Assembly (NCBI GenBank): GCA_022566155.1
Contig: JADFJS010000001.1
Span: 1-39,462 of the forward strand
Direction of reading: 5' to 3'
DNA: 39,462 nucleotides
DNA from: Chloroflexota bacterium
GTDB lineage: Bacteria > Chloroflexota > Dehalococcoidia > Lucifugimonadales > UBA3495
Shown: positions 17,248 through 26,195 of the stretch, piece by piece
Position numbering within the stretch: the first letter of the stretch is position 1
Layout of the letters: each line of letters starts with the position of its first letter
The notes under the pieces: model-generated
Database searches by the model: none
What the model was told of the DNA's origin: nothing
The model's input: only the letters and a program-made list of their open reading frames with translations
Made by a program: the position numbers and the translations under genes

Positions 17248-18057
17248 ATGCCCACCCCCCAGGAAAATGCCCGGCTAGAACAGATCAAGAAAAGCTGGAA
17301 GGAAAAGCGCCAGATCACGGACCGTCTTGCCAAGATCAAGAGCAAGATCGGTGTATATAGCGGCAAAGGGGGGGTTGGGAAAACCACCGTCGCGGTCAAT
17401 CTAGCTGTGACTCTAGCCCAGCAAGGCCACGCGGTTGGACTGCTGGACGTAGACATCGATTGCCCCAACGTGACCAAGGTACTGGGAATCAGCGAGAAAC
17501 CGGACTACGTCGACGGTCAGATCCTTCCCTCCGAGAAGTGGGGTGTGCGGGTAGTTTCCATGGCTTTCTTTCAAGAAAACGAAGAGGAGGCCATCATCTG
17601 GCGTGGCCCCATGATTCACAACGCCATCAACCAGTTCCTGCAGATAACCGAATGGGGTGAGCTGGATTATCTGGTTGTGGACCTGCCTCCCGGTACCTCC
17701 GACTCTCCCCTCACGGTGATGCAGACCTTGCCCATGGACGGCTTTGTGGTGGTGAGCACGCCCCAAGAGCTGGCCAACATGGACGCCAAACGTTGCATAA
17801 ACATGATCCGCAAGCTCAACCTGAACGTCTTGGGCGTGGTGGAGAACTATACCGGCGAGATATTCGGAGAAGGAGGGGGCAAGAGGCTAGCCAAAGAGGT
17901 AGATGCGCCCTTCCTCGGGAATCTGGCCCTGCGTGCCTCCTACCAGGATAGCTCCATGCCAACCACTTTGGCCGACTCTTCGGTGAATGAGGAATACACG
18001 AATCTGGCGAAGGCGGTCAAAGAAAGCCTGAAAGAACTGGGTCGTGAGGCGGCATGA
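17248..18057 (+). CDS. Mrp/NBP35/ApbC-family Fe-S cluster carrier ATPase
   Basis: Deviant Walker A GKGGVGKTT, DLPPGTSD, and a Mrp-type C-terminal half. Confidence 0.88.
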   Translation: MPTPQENARLEQIKKSWKEKRQITDRLAKIKSKIGVYSGKGGVGKTTVAVNLAVTLAQQGHAVGLLDVDIDCPNVTKVLGISEKPDYVDGQILPSEKWGVRVVSMAFFQENEEEAIIWRGPMIHNAINQFLQITEWGELDYLVVDLPPGTSDSPLTVMQTLPMDGFVVVSTPQELANMDAKRCINMIRKLNLNVLGVVENYTGEIFGEGGGKRLAKEVDAPFLGNLALRASYQDSSMPTTLADSSVNEEYTNLAKAVKESLKELGREAA

Positions 18058-18092
18058 CCGTCTAACTTACCCTGACCTATTCGGCGGCCGAC

Positions 18093-19925
18093 CTATTCAG
18101 CGGCGGAAACCTGGGCCTCGTGGGATTCTTCTCCCGAGGTCCTTTTTCGTTGGCCGCGAGCCACCCGGCTGCGCCTTCGGGTGCCCGAGGTGATGTTCAT
18201 CAAAAGTTCGACTTCCCGGTTCATGGCTTCCTGAGAGTAGGTGCTGCGCTCACCCATCCTGCGGAACTTCTGGTATCGGCGCTTCAGCAGCTTACTCTCG
18301 GAGAGTTTGGACAGCGCCGTCAGTTGCTTGTAGACAGCCGTGAGCAACAACGACGCGGCTTCTTTAACGTCGGTGTGGGACCCTCCTTTGGGCTCCGGCA
18401 CTATCTGGTCTGCGATGCCAAGCTCAACGCAGTCCCGGGAGGTTAGCATCAGCGCTTCCGCCGCCTCCCGGTCCAGCAGATGGTCGTGGTAGGTACCGCC
18501 CAAGGTGTGGTTCAACGAGATGGGCGAGTAAACCGCATACTGCTGCATCAGGATCCGGTCGGACAAGCCCAAAGCCAGGGCACCCTCACTGCCCGCTTCA
18601 CCGATAATGACCGAAACGATGGGCGTGGGCGCCCCCACCATGAGAGAAAGTGTGGTGGCTATGGCGTTGCCAACCCCCTGTTCCTCGGCTTCCAGGCCCG
18701 GATCGGCTCCCTGGGTATCGATCAGGGTAATCAGGGGAAGTTTGAACCGGGATGCCAGCTTGATCACCCTCTGGGCCTTGCGCAGCCCGTCGGGATACAC
18801 ATGGTAACGTTCCCCCTCCAGGCCGGGACGGCGCTGCTGCCCAATGATGGCAACCGGGTCTCCGCAGAGAAAGCCTACGCCGCATACGATCGAGCGGTCG
18901 TCGCTGCTCAGTCTGTCTCCCCGCAGCTCAATGAATGGGTCCAACATCGCCCGGATGTAGGCCATGGCCAGGGGCCGCTCGTCGTGCCGGGCAATCTTCA
19001 CCGCCTCCCAAGGCTCGACGTCCGCTTCTTCCGTCGCTGACTTGAGCAACTGATTATGGTTGCCCTTACCCATTGATTGATTGGTAAGTATCTTCAACAA
19101 GATCGCCAGGCGAGACTGGAGGGCCTCCCGGTCCACCACATTATCCAGCAGACCGTGGCTTACGTGAGCTTCCGCGGTGTGGGCATCCAAGGGGAGGGGG
19201 ATCTTGGACGTTTGCTGAAGCGTCCTCATGGGAGAAAGACCTATCAGGGAGCCTGGCTCGGCAAGGATTATGTCAGCCAAGTTGGCAAAGCTGGCATACG
19301 CTTGCCCGGTGGAGGGGTTGGCCAGGACCACGATGAAAGGCAGGTTTTCATCCCGCAGCCGGTTCGCGGCAGTCACGGTTTTGGCCATCTGCATCAGCGA
19401 GAGGACCCCTTCCTGGATGCGTACGCCGCCGCCGGTAACCAGGGCTACCACCGGCAGGTTTCGGCGGGCCGCCGTCTCGAGAGCAGTGGCAACCTTCTCT
19501 CCCACCACGCTGCCCATGCTGCCACCCATGAAGCCGAAGTCCAGAACCACCAGCATCGTCTCTGTGCCATCGATACGGCAACGGCCCGTAACCGCCGCCT
19601 CGGTCAGGCCCGTTCGGTTCTGGTCCTGGGACAGCAGCTTGCCGTACGCGCCCTTCTTGGAGAAGGACAGCGGGTCCACCGAGCGCAGGTATTTGTGAGA
19701 CTCTTTAAAGCTCCCCTTGTCCGCCAGCAACTCGATCCGCTGCCGTGCCGACAGGGTGTAGTGGAAGCGGCAGTAGGGGCAGACGCGGTAGGTCAGGTAG
19801 GCCGGGGACTCGCTGATGGATTCCTCGCACAGCAAACACCGGTCATGGACCGCGGAGACATAGATACGCTCTAGATCTCCATCGTGGCGGAAAAGGTGTA
19901 CCAGGAAGTCGGCCAGATTCCTCAA
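18093..19925 (-). CDS. acetyl-CoA carboxylase carboxyltransferase, fused beta (AccD) and alpha (AccA) subunits
   Basis: N-terminal AccD zinc ribbon CLLCEES...CPYC and LDFGFMGGSMGSVVGEK. The C-terminal half is AccA-like (ARHDERPLAMAYI..., LITLIDTQGADPGLEAEEQG). 610 aa with a basic C-terminal tail. Confidence 0.85.
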   Translation of the reverse strand: MRNLADFLVHLFRHDGDLERIYVSAVHDRCLLCEESISESPAYLTYRVCPYCRFHYTLSARQRIELLADKGSFKESHKYLRSVDPLSFSKKGAYGKLLSQDQNRTGLTEAAVTGRCRIDGTETMLVVLDFGFMGGSMGSVVGEKVATALETAARRNLPVVALVTGGGVRIQEGVLSLMQMAKTVTAANRLRDENLPFIVVLANPSTGQAYASFANLADIILAEPGSLIGLSPMRTLQQTSKIPLPLDAHTAEAHVSHGLLDNVVDREALQSRLAILLKILTNQSMGKGNHNQLLKSATEEADVEPWEAVKIARHDERPLAMAYIRAMLDPFIELRGDRLSSDDRSIVCGVGFLCGDPVAIIGQQRRPGLEGERYHVYPDGLRKAQRVIKLASRFKLPLITLIDTQGADPGLEAEEQGVGNAIATTLSLMVGAPTPIVSVIIGEAGSEGALALGLSDRILMQQYAVYSPISLNHTLGGTYHDHLLDREAAEALMLTSRDCVELGIADQIVPEPKGGSHTDVKEAASLLLTAVYKQLTALSKLSESKLLKRRYQKFRRMGERSTYSQEAMNREVELLMNITSGTRRRSRVARGQRKRTSGEESHEAQVSAAE

Positions 19926-20201
19926 GCGGTCCTCGAAAGATCATTTGGAGGCGGGGTGGTGCTGGCCCGTATCGCCGCCTCTATAAAGGATGAGCCATTA
20001 CACCCATAATACAGTCAGGCAACATAAATTAATATGGGAGCATCCTACTATTCGAGCCAATCCGTCTTTCCCGGTGAAGCCGGGTGGCCGGAACCCGGCG
20101 CCGATCGCCGCTTCGAGTATGCGATGATAATGATGTCATTGTTGGCGCCATCTATTTAGGATCGAGACCAAGATACCCCAGCCAACAATCTGGAACCGAA
20201 C

Positions 20202-20648
20202 ATGCAGAGAATGCGCGAGATACCGCCCAGAGCTACGCCGGAGGGCGACGACGGCTACCTGGAAGAGCTGACCAAGGCCATCTTCCGCGCCGGGTTTAGC
20301 TGGCGGGTGGTTCATGATAAATGGGACAATTTCCGGCGCAGCTTTCATGGATTTGACGTTGCCGGGGTCGCGGCTTTTGATGTACCGGACATCTCCAGGC
20401 TGTTTGAGGACGCGAGCATCGTTCGCAACAAGCAAAAGATCCTGGCCACCGTGGAAAACGCTCTGACTATGCTCGCCCTGGCCGGCGACTACGGCTCCTT
20501 CCACGCCTATCTCAGGTCTTTGGACCACCTGGATTACCCCGCCCGCGTCAAGGTGCTGACCGGGCAGTTCAAGGGCCTTGGCCGCACCGGAGCATTTGTG
20601 TTCCTCCACTCGGTGAACGAAGATACCCCAAGCTGGCATGATAGATAG
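20202..20648 (+). CDS. DNA-3-methyladenine glycosylase I (Tag)-like protein, short form
   Basis: AGFSWRVVHDKWDNFRRSFHGFD and ASIVRNKQKILATVENA parallel the E. coli Tag core (AGLSW...RENYR..F..FD, GIIRHRGKI). The N-terminal Cys/His zinc segment of canonical Tag is absent. Confidence 0.7.
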   Translation: MQRMREIPPRATPEGDDGYLEELTKAIFRAGFSWRVVHDKWDNFRRSFHGFDVAGVAAFDVPDISRLFEDASIVRNKQKILATVENALTMLALAGDYGSFHAYLRSLDHLDYPARVKVLTGQFKGLGRTGAFVFLHSVNEDTPSWHDR

Positions 20649-20896
20649 CCATGCCTCCACGGACGTCTCATCGGGTATTGTATCGGTCTGACATTCCGCG
20701 TTAGGAGCAACCATTGTCGTCACACGCCTGAGGCGTGTCCAAGTACGTTGGTGCTTGAAGCATGCCATGGATCCCGGGCTTCGCCGGGACGACCGGTCCA
20801 TAACCGATACATCACGTCCATCGGACCATAATTGATTTCCCATGTGCCCTGGTTTACACTCTGGCGTGAACCGGCCATTCCTCGGAGGTACTACCG

Positions 20897-21100
20897 GTGC
20901 CGATCCAAGACGAAACCCTGAAAGCGATCATTCGAGACTACCACGGTTTCGAGCTTTCCAACGCCGAGTTGGCGCTGATACGTCCTGAGCTTGAAAGCTA
21001 CATGGAGGACCTGGAAAAACTACGGGACATGGACCTGTCCGGGGTCATGTCCGCCCGGCTTCTGCACGCCCAGGATTCGCATGCGGATGAAGGGGGGTGA
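20897..21100 (+). CDS. GatC/AtzG-like small protein (67 aa), putative amidase partner subunit
   Basis: GTG start with GGAGG 8 nt upstream. MPIQDETLKAIIRDYHGFELSNAELALIRPELESYMEDLEKLRDMDLSGV follows the GatC-type helix pattern. The stop overlaps or abuts the amidase start. Confidence 0.65.
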   Translation: MPIQDETLKAIIRDYHGFELSNAELALIRPELESYMEDLEKLRDMDLSGVMSARLLHAQDSHADEGG

Positions 21101-21102
21101 GC

Positions 21103-22536
21103 ATGGCATCGAGCACTGACTTGCTCCAGCTAACGATAGAGGAGTTGGCCCCCATGGTGCAGCGGCGGGAGGTATCTCCCGTGGAGATTACGCAAGCCGC
21201 GCTGGCCCAGGCGGACCGCCTCCAACCCATCTTGAATTCCTTCATCACCATACTGGGCGATCAAGCTATGGCTCAAGCCAGGGAGCAGGAAGCGGCCCTG
21301 GCCAGGGGCGAGTATAGGGGGCCGTTACAGGGTATCCCCATCGGGATCAAGGACAACATCGCCACCAAGGGCATCCGGACCACCGTGGGATCAAAGGTGC
21401 TGGCCGACCATGTCCCGGATGAAGACGCCCACGTGGTCCGGCTCTGCAAGGAAGCCGGGGCCATCATATTGGGCAAGGAAAACCTGGAGGAGTTCGCCGC
21501 CGGGGCCACCTCCAACAACCCCCACTATGGGGCCGTCCACAATCCCTGGGCGCTGGACCACATACCCGGCGGCTCCAGCGGAGGAGGCGGCGCCAACGTA
21601 GCGGCACGGGTTACTTTCGCCTCTCTGGGCACCGACCTGGGCGGTTCGGTGCGTTTGCCCGGAACTTTTTGCGGCGTGGTTGGACTAAAGCAGACCTTTG
21701 GCCGGGTCAGCCAGCGCGGACTGATGGTAACTAGCTTCAACGGCGACCACATCGGTCCCATGACCCGCTCCGTGGCGGACAGCGCATTGGTGCTTCAGGC
21801 CATCGCCGCCTACGACCCCCTGGACCCCAGCACGGTGCCGGTACCGGTACCGGATTACACTGCCGGATTGGGCAAGGGTTTGGCGGGAATTCGATTGGGA
21901 GTACCCAGCAACCACTACTTTGATCTGCTAGAGCCCGAGGTGGAAGCCTCGGTGCGGCAGGCATTGGCTGCCATGGAGGAGTTGGGAGCGGAAACCAGGG
22001 AGGTGAGCCTGCCGAGCATGGAGTACTTCGGGGCCCTTCGCTTCGCCGCCATGGCCGATAGCGTGGTAACCCACGAGCCGTTGATCAAGGCCAATCGGGA
22101 TGCCTATGGGCCCGATGTTCTTTACCGTACTCTGGCGGGCCAGTTCGTCCTGGGCCGGGACTACTCCAAAGCCCTGAAGGTGCAGCGCATCATCAAAGAT
22201 GAACACGCCAGGGTACTCCAGGACGTGGACTTCCTGGTGATGCCCACGGCCCCCTTTGCCGCGCCTCCCATCCGGGACGAGTTCATCACCGTTGGTGGGG
22301 TTCAGCACAAAGTACGCGGACCTGGTTCGGGAATCATCTCTCGCAACACCAGTCCAATGAATGCCACCGGTCTGCCGGCCATCACGGTCCCCTGCGGATT
22401 CACCCAGGCCGGTTTGCCCATCGGCCTGCAGTTCGTTGGCAGTCCCTTTCAAGAGGCACTACTATTTCAAGTGGCCCACGGCTACGAGAGCGTCTCTCCG
22501 GCCCTGGGCCGGCGGCCGCCAGTTGTGGCCGAATAA
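21103..22536 (+). CDS. amidase-signature (GatA/AtzE-like) amidase
   Basis: GIKDNIATKG (catalytic Lys region) and GGSSGGGGANVAA (Ser-cisSer). ATG 21103 follows a G-rich SD. GTG 21097, overlapping the upstream stop as GTGA, is the alternative start. Confidence 0.9.
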   Translation: MASSTDLLQLTIEELAPMVQRREVSPVEITQAALAQADRLQPILNSFITILGDQAMAQAREQEAALARGEYRGPLQGIPIGIKDNIATKGIRTTVGSKVLADHVPDEDAHVVRLCKEAGAIILGKENLEEFAAGATSNNPHYGAVHNPWALDHIPGGSSGGGGANVAARVTFASLGTDLGGSVRLPGTFCGVVGLKQTFGRVSQRGLMVTSFNGDHIGPMTRSVADSALVLQAIAAYDPLDPSTVPVPVPDYTAGLGKGLAGIRLGVPSNHYFDLLEPEVEASVRQALAAMEELGAETREVSLPSMEYFGALRFAAMADSVVTHEPLIKANRDAYGPDVLYRTLAGQFVLGRDYSKALKVQRIIKDEHARVLQDVDFLVMPTAPFAAPPIRDEFITVGGVQHKVRGPGSGIISRNTSPMNATGLPAITVPCGFTQAGLPIGLQFVGSPFQEALLFQVAHGYESVSPALGRRPPVVAE

Positions 22537-22553
22537 TCTGTGAGGTGAGCCAA

Positions 22554-23465
22554 ATGACCATGCTGCCATCCGAACGGGTAGCCTACAGCCCCATCATAGA
22601 CCGCCCGGTGATCAAGTGGCCCAACAACGCCCGTGTGGCGCTTTGGATCTCCCCAAACGTCGAGCACTACGAGTATCTGCCCGACTTCGACGGCGTGCGC
22701 AATCCCTGGGCTCGCACGCCATATCCCGACGTTCAGCAATACTCCTACCGGGATTACGGAAACCGGGTTGGATTCTGGCGCATGCTGGAACCCTTGGACA
22801 AGTACAACATCCGCTGCTGCGTTTCGCTAAATATGGCGGTATTGGAGCACTTCCCCGAAATAGGTCAGGCCATGGTGGATCGGAATTGGGACTTCATGAG
22901 CCACGGCATCTACAACACCCGCTACCTGAATACCCTGAACGAGGAACAGGAGCGGGAGTTCTACCGGGACACCATCGACACCTTGCGCCGTCACACCGGC
23001 AAACAGCTCAAGGGCATGCTGGGACCCGCTATCTCCGGCACCGAGCGCACCCCAGACTTGATGGCGGAGGCCGGCCTCATCTACCACACCGACTGGATGC
23101 ACGACGATCAGCCGGTGCCCATCAAGGTCAATTCCGGTAAGCTGGTTTCGGTACCCTACTCCATCGAGCTGAATGACTCCACCGTCTTCAGGCAGCACTA
23201 CGAAGGCGACTACTTCGCCATGATCTGCAAGGCCCAATTCGACCAGCTTTACGAGGAAGGCGCGGAGAGCGGCCGCGTCATGTGTATCGCCCTTCATCCT
23301 TTCCTCATCGGCCAGCCCCACCGCATAAAGTTCCTAGACGATATCCTGGGCTACATCATGTCCCACGACGGGGTCTGGCAGACCACCGCCGACGACATCG
23401 CCGAATACTACATCGCCAACTACTACGACCAGGCGGTAGCCCACGCGGCACAGGTGAATAAATAA
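22554..23465 (+). CDS. polysaccharide-deacetylase-fold hydrolase, PuuE allantoinase-like (paralog 1)
   Basis: YGNRVGFWRMLEPLDKYNIR, DFMSHGIY and ALHPFLIGQPHRIKFLDDIL match the PuuE-type CE4-fold layout. ATG 22554 has GAGG 8 nt upstream (track start GTG 22545). Confidence 0.75.
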   Translation: MTMLPSERVAYSPIIDRPVIKWPNNARVALWISPNVEHYEYLPDFDGVRNPWARTPYPDVQQYSYRDYGNRVGFWRMLEPLDKYNIRCCVSLNMAVLEHFPEIGQAMVDRNWDFMSHGIYNTRYLNTLNEEQEREFYRDTIDTLRRHTGKQLKGMLGPAISGTERTPDLMAEAGLIYHTDWMHDDQPVPIKVNSGKLVSVPYSIELNDSTVFRQHYEGDYFAMICKAQFDQLYEEGAESGRVMCIALHPFLIGQPHRIKFLDDILGYIMSHDGVWQTTADDIAEYYIANYYDQAVAHAAQVNK

Positions 23466-23529
23466 ACTTTCAGCAAATGGGCTCTGATAGCTGACCGCTT
23501 TGGTGTATAGGTGTAAAAAGGAGAAGGGC

Positions 23530-24447
23530 ATGCCCGCACAGCGCCGCTTCGGCATGGACCACGATCACTACGACTGGTCCCCCATCAGTACCAGGGGAAT
23601 CCTCCGTTGGCCCAATGAGGCCCGCGTGGCCCTATGCGTCATTGTCAACCTGGGGCACCAGGAATGGAGCCCACCGGAGGGCAGCTATCAGGTGAGCAAC
23701 CTGGCCGGGGGAGTTGCCCCCCGGCCGTACCCGGATTACTCCCGCATATCCCACCAGGAATACGGCTACCGGGTCGGCATTTTCCGGGTATTGGACGTTC
23801 TACAAAAGCACGGTATCCGGCCCACGGTGGCCATGGATGCACTGACCGTTGAGAACTATCCATACCTGGTACGCCACTGCCTTGAGCGGGACTGCGAGAT
23901 CATCGGCCACGGCATCTCGGCCAGCCAGATCATAACAAGCAACCTGTCCGAGGCGGAAGAACAGCAGTACATCCAGCGATCGCTGGATGCTCTGAATAGC
24001 GCCACCGGCTCCGCTACCCAGGGATGGTTGGGGTCGGAATATGGAGAGTCTGCCAGGACACCTCAGCTTCTGGCACAGGCTGGCATCCGCTACGTATGCG
24101 ATTGGACCAACGATGAGCAGCCCTACCCAATCAAGACACCTCAGGGCGAGCTATACGCCCTGCCCGTGATGTTTGAGCTGGACGACGTACAAGCACTTTG
24201 GTCTCGGCGAGTCACCGTCGACCGCTACTCAGAGCTGCTGAAAGACGCCTTCGACACTCTCTACCGCGATGGGAGCAGCACAGGGCGGCTATTGGTGCTG
24301 AACCTGAGCCCCTGGCTCATCGGCCAACCCTTTCGCATCGGCTTCCTCGACCAAGCCCTGGGCCACATGATGCGGCATCAGGGCGTGTGGGCGGCATCCG
24401 GCGCACAGATCATCGACTGGTACAAGAACAATCTACCCGTTGCCTGA
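23530..24447 (+). CDS. polysaccharide-deacetylase-fold hydrolase, PuuE allantoinase-like (paralog 2)
   Basis: YGYRVGIFRVLDVLQKHGIR, EIIGHGIS and NLSPWLIGQPFRIGFLDQAL are collinear with paralog 1. ATG 23530 is preceded by AGGAG. Confidence 0.75.
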   Translation: MPAQRRFGMDHDHYDWSPISTRGILRWPNEARVALCVIVNLGHQEWSPPEGSYQVSNLAGGVAPRPYPDYSRISHQEYGYRVGIFRVLDVLQKHGIRPTVAMDALTVENYPYLVRHCLERDCEIIGHGISASQIITSNLSEAEEQQYIQRSLDALNSATGSATQGWLGSEYGESARTPQLLAQAGIRYVCDWTNDEQPYPIKTPQGELYALPVMFELDDVQALWSRRVTVDRYSELLKDAFDTLYRDGSSTGRLLVLNLSPWLIGQPFRIGFLDQALGHMMRHQGVWAASGAQIIDWYKNNLPVA

Positions 24448-24617
24448 GATGACCCCAATATCCCGCGCGTTTGGCGTAATCGCTCACGTGGAGCACGCCG
24501 AACTTGTGCGAAGAACACATGGCGCCGGTCCGAATAAAGTCGCCGGCATGCGACGCGTCTAAAGTCACTGATGACAGCCGGCCAATTCTCGTAATGTTGA
24601 CGGTGCCGGCCCGATTC

Positions 24618-24646
24618 TTGACACGCTTGCACCCCGGGACTATGCT
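24618..24646 (+). promoter_or_regulatory. candidate internal promoter for the amidohydrolase-like gene
   Basis: TTGACA (24618..24623), 17-nt spacer, TATGCT (24641..24646), about 105 nt upstream of GTG 24752. Confidence 0.4.
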
Positions 24647-24751
24647 GGCGCAAATTCGATCCAGCCCGCCGGCTTTCACTTCTCCGCTGCGGCCCATGGG
24701 CAGCGGAGAAATCGGCACTTCCATCGCAGGCAGCGGGCACCAGGTGAAATT

Positions 24752-25594
24752 GTGAGCAATGTAGACAGACTGTTGGAAGGGGCACTAGACATCCACGTAC
24801 ATTTTGCCCCGGATCCAAGGGTTGAACGCCGGGGCAGCGCCATAGACGTGGCCCAGCAGGCCCGGGACATGGGTATGCTTGGGTTGGTCCTCAAGAGCCA
24901 TGAGTATCCCACCCATCCAGTGGCCTACACCGCCAGCCAGGCGGTACCAGGAATCACCCTGATAGGAGGGGTGGCGCTGGACGTGGGAGTAGGCGGATTG
25001 AACCCGATGGCAGTGGAATCCACCGCCAGCATGGGAGGCCGCGTGGTGTGGATGCCCACCTTCTCGGCCAAAGCGGACCGCCAGCACAAGGGCCTCAATG
25101 GAGGGATAGACCTCCTAGATGCACATGGGCGGCTGGTGCCCGAGGCCTACGCCGTGCTGGAGGTTGTCAAGGCCCACGACATGGTGCTGGCCACCGGCCA
25201 TATCTCCACCAAGGAAAGCATGGTTTTAGTGGCGGAAGCGCGTGACATGGGGATTCAACGCGTGGTGGTTACCCACGCGACCACCATGTCCTTCTACACC
25301 GGCATGACGCTAGAGGATATGAAGACCCTGGCCGGCATGGGCGCCTTCATCGAGCACTGCATTCATGTCATGATGCCGCTTACCAACCGACTCAAGCCTA
25401 CCGAGCTGGTGGAAACGATCACTTCCATAGGCGCGGAAAACTGCATCGTCAGCACCGACTTTGGGCAAGACTACCACCCCATGCCTCCCGAAGGCATGCG
25501 CATGGGCATCGCAACCCTGTTGCAGGCCGGTATGGAAGAGGTGGAGGTGGGTATGCTGGTGAAGGACAACCCTTCCCGGCTACTGGGGATCTGA
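24752..25594 (+). CDS. amidohydrolase-superfamily TIM-barrel protein (DUF6282-like)
   Basis: Metal-ligand pattern DIHVHFAPD ... ATGH ... VVVTHA ... STDFGQ in the order expected for the amidohydrolase fold. 280 aa. GTG start after AGGTGA. Confidence 0.7.
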   Translation: MSNVDRLLEGALDIHVHFAPDPRVERRGSAIDVAQQARDMGMLGLVLKSHEYPTHPVAYTASQAVPGITLIGGVALDVGVGGLNPMAVESTASMGGRVVWMPTFSAKADRQHKGLNGGIDLLDAHGRLVPEAYAVLEVVKAHDMVLATGHISTKESMVLVAEARDMGIQRVVVTHATTMSFYTGMTLEDMKTLAGMGAFIEHCIHVMMPLTNRLKPTELVETITSIGAENCIVSTDFGQDYHPMPPEGMRMGIATLLQAGMEEVEVGMLVKDNPSRLLGI

Positions 25595-25784
25595 GGAAGA
25601 ATGGTACGGATGGTGCGGCCCAACCCTCCGGCACGACGCAGTCGCACACCCACCCAAGCCCAAATATCCATCTAGCCGATCGAGATCTTCCCTCCCGCCG
25701 AGTACGCCACCCACCGCTGTTCCTGAGGCTGGGCAGCCGGGATTCCCAACATGATTTTGGGGTTACAGGCCGGAGTTCTGGCCG

Positions 25785-26195
25785 TTACCAGATGACGTCC
25801 ACTACCTTGCTGCGTTGCAGCACCTCATCCTTGCTGATAACCGGGGCCTGGCGCACCATAGCCTCCGCCGCGATCAACCGGTCGTGCATCTCAGTTACGC
25901 CGGTTATGCCTTCCATGGCCTCCAACTGGTCCTGTCCCAGCGCGGAGAATTCGAACTCACGACTGGCGTTGATCCTCGAGATGAGATCGGAAGGCAGCAT
26001 CGGCAGCCCTGCCTTGGCCGTGAGGTAAAAAAGTTCCGCCACAACTATAGCGGGCACAACGATCAACGCACCACCGGCGGCCGCCAGGCGGAAAACTGCG
26101 TCCGCCGCGAGACTCAACCGATCGGGGTTCTCAAGGTACCAGAACAGGGCATGGGTGTCGGCAACGTATGTGGGCAATTCAGGATTGCGGATCAT
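25785..26195 (-). CDS. PIN-domain ribonuclease toxin (VapC-like)
   Basis: PIN acidic residues in YVADTHALFWY, VVAELFY and MHDRLIAAEA. 136 aa. Overlaps the upstream antitoxin gene by 17 nt. Confidence 0.85.
   Translation of the reverse strand: MIRNPELPTYVADTHALFWYLENPDRLSLAADAVFRLAAAGGALIVVPAIVVAELFYLTAKAGLPMLPSDLISRINASREFEFSALGQDQLEAMEGITGVTEMHDRLIAAEAMVRQAPVISKDEVLQRSKVVDVIW

Noticed and set aside
24410-24724. Reverse ORF of 104 aa in the hydrolase-cluster spacer as a real gene
   Set aside because: It overlaps the 3' end of the upstream gene and has no SD or recognisable family. It is mentioned only as a possible relic.
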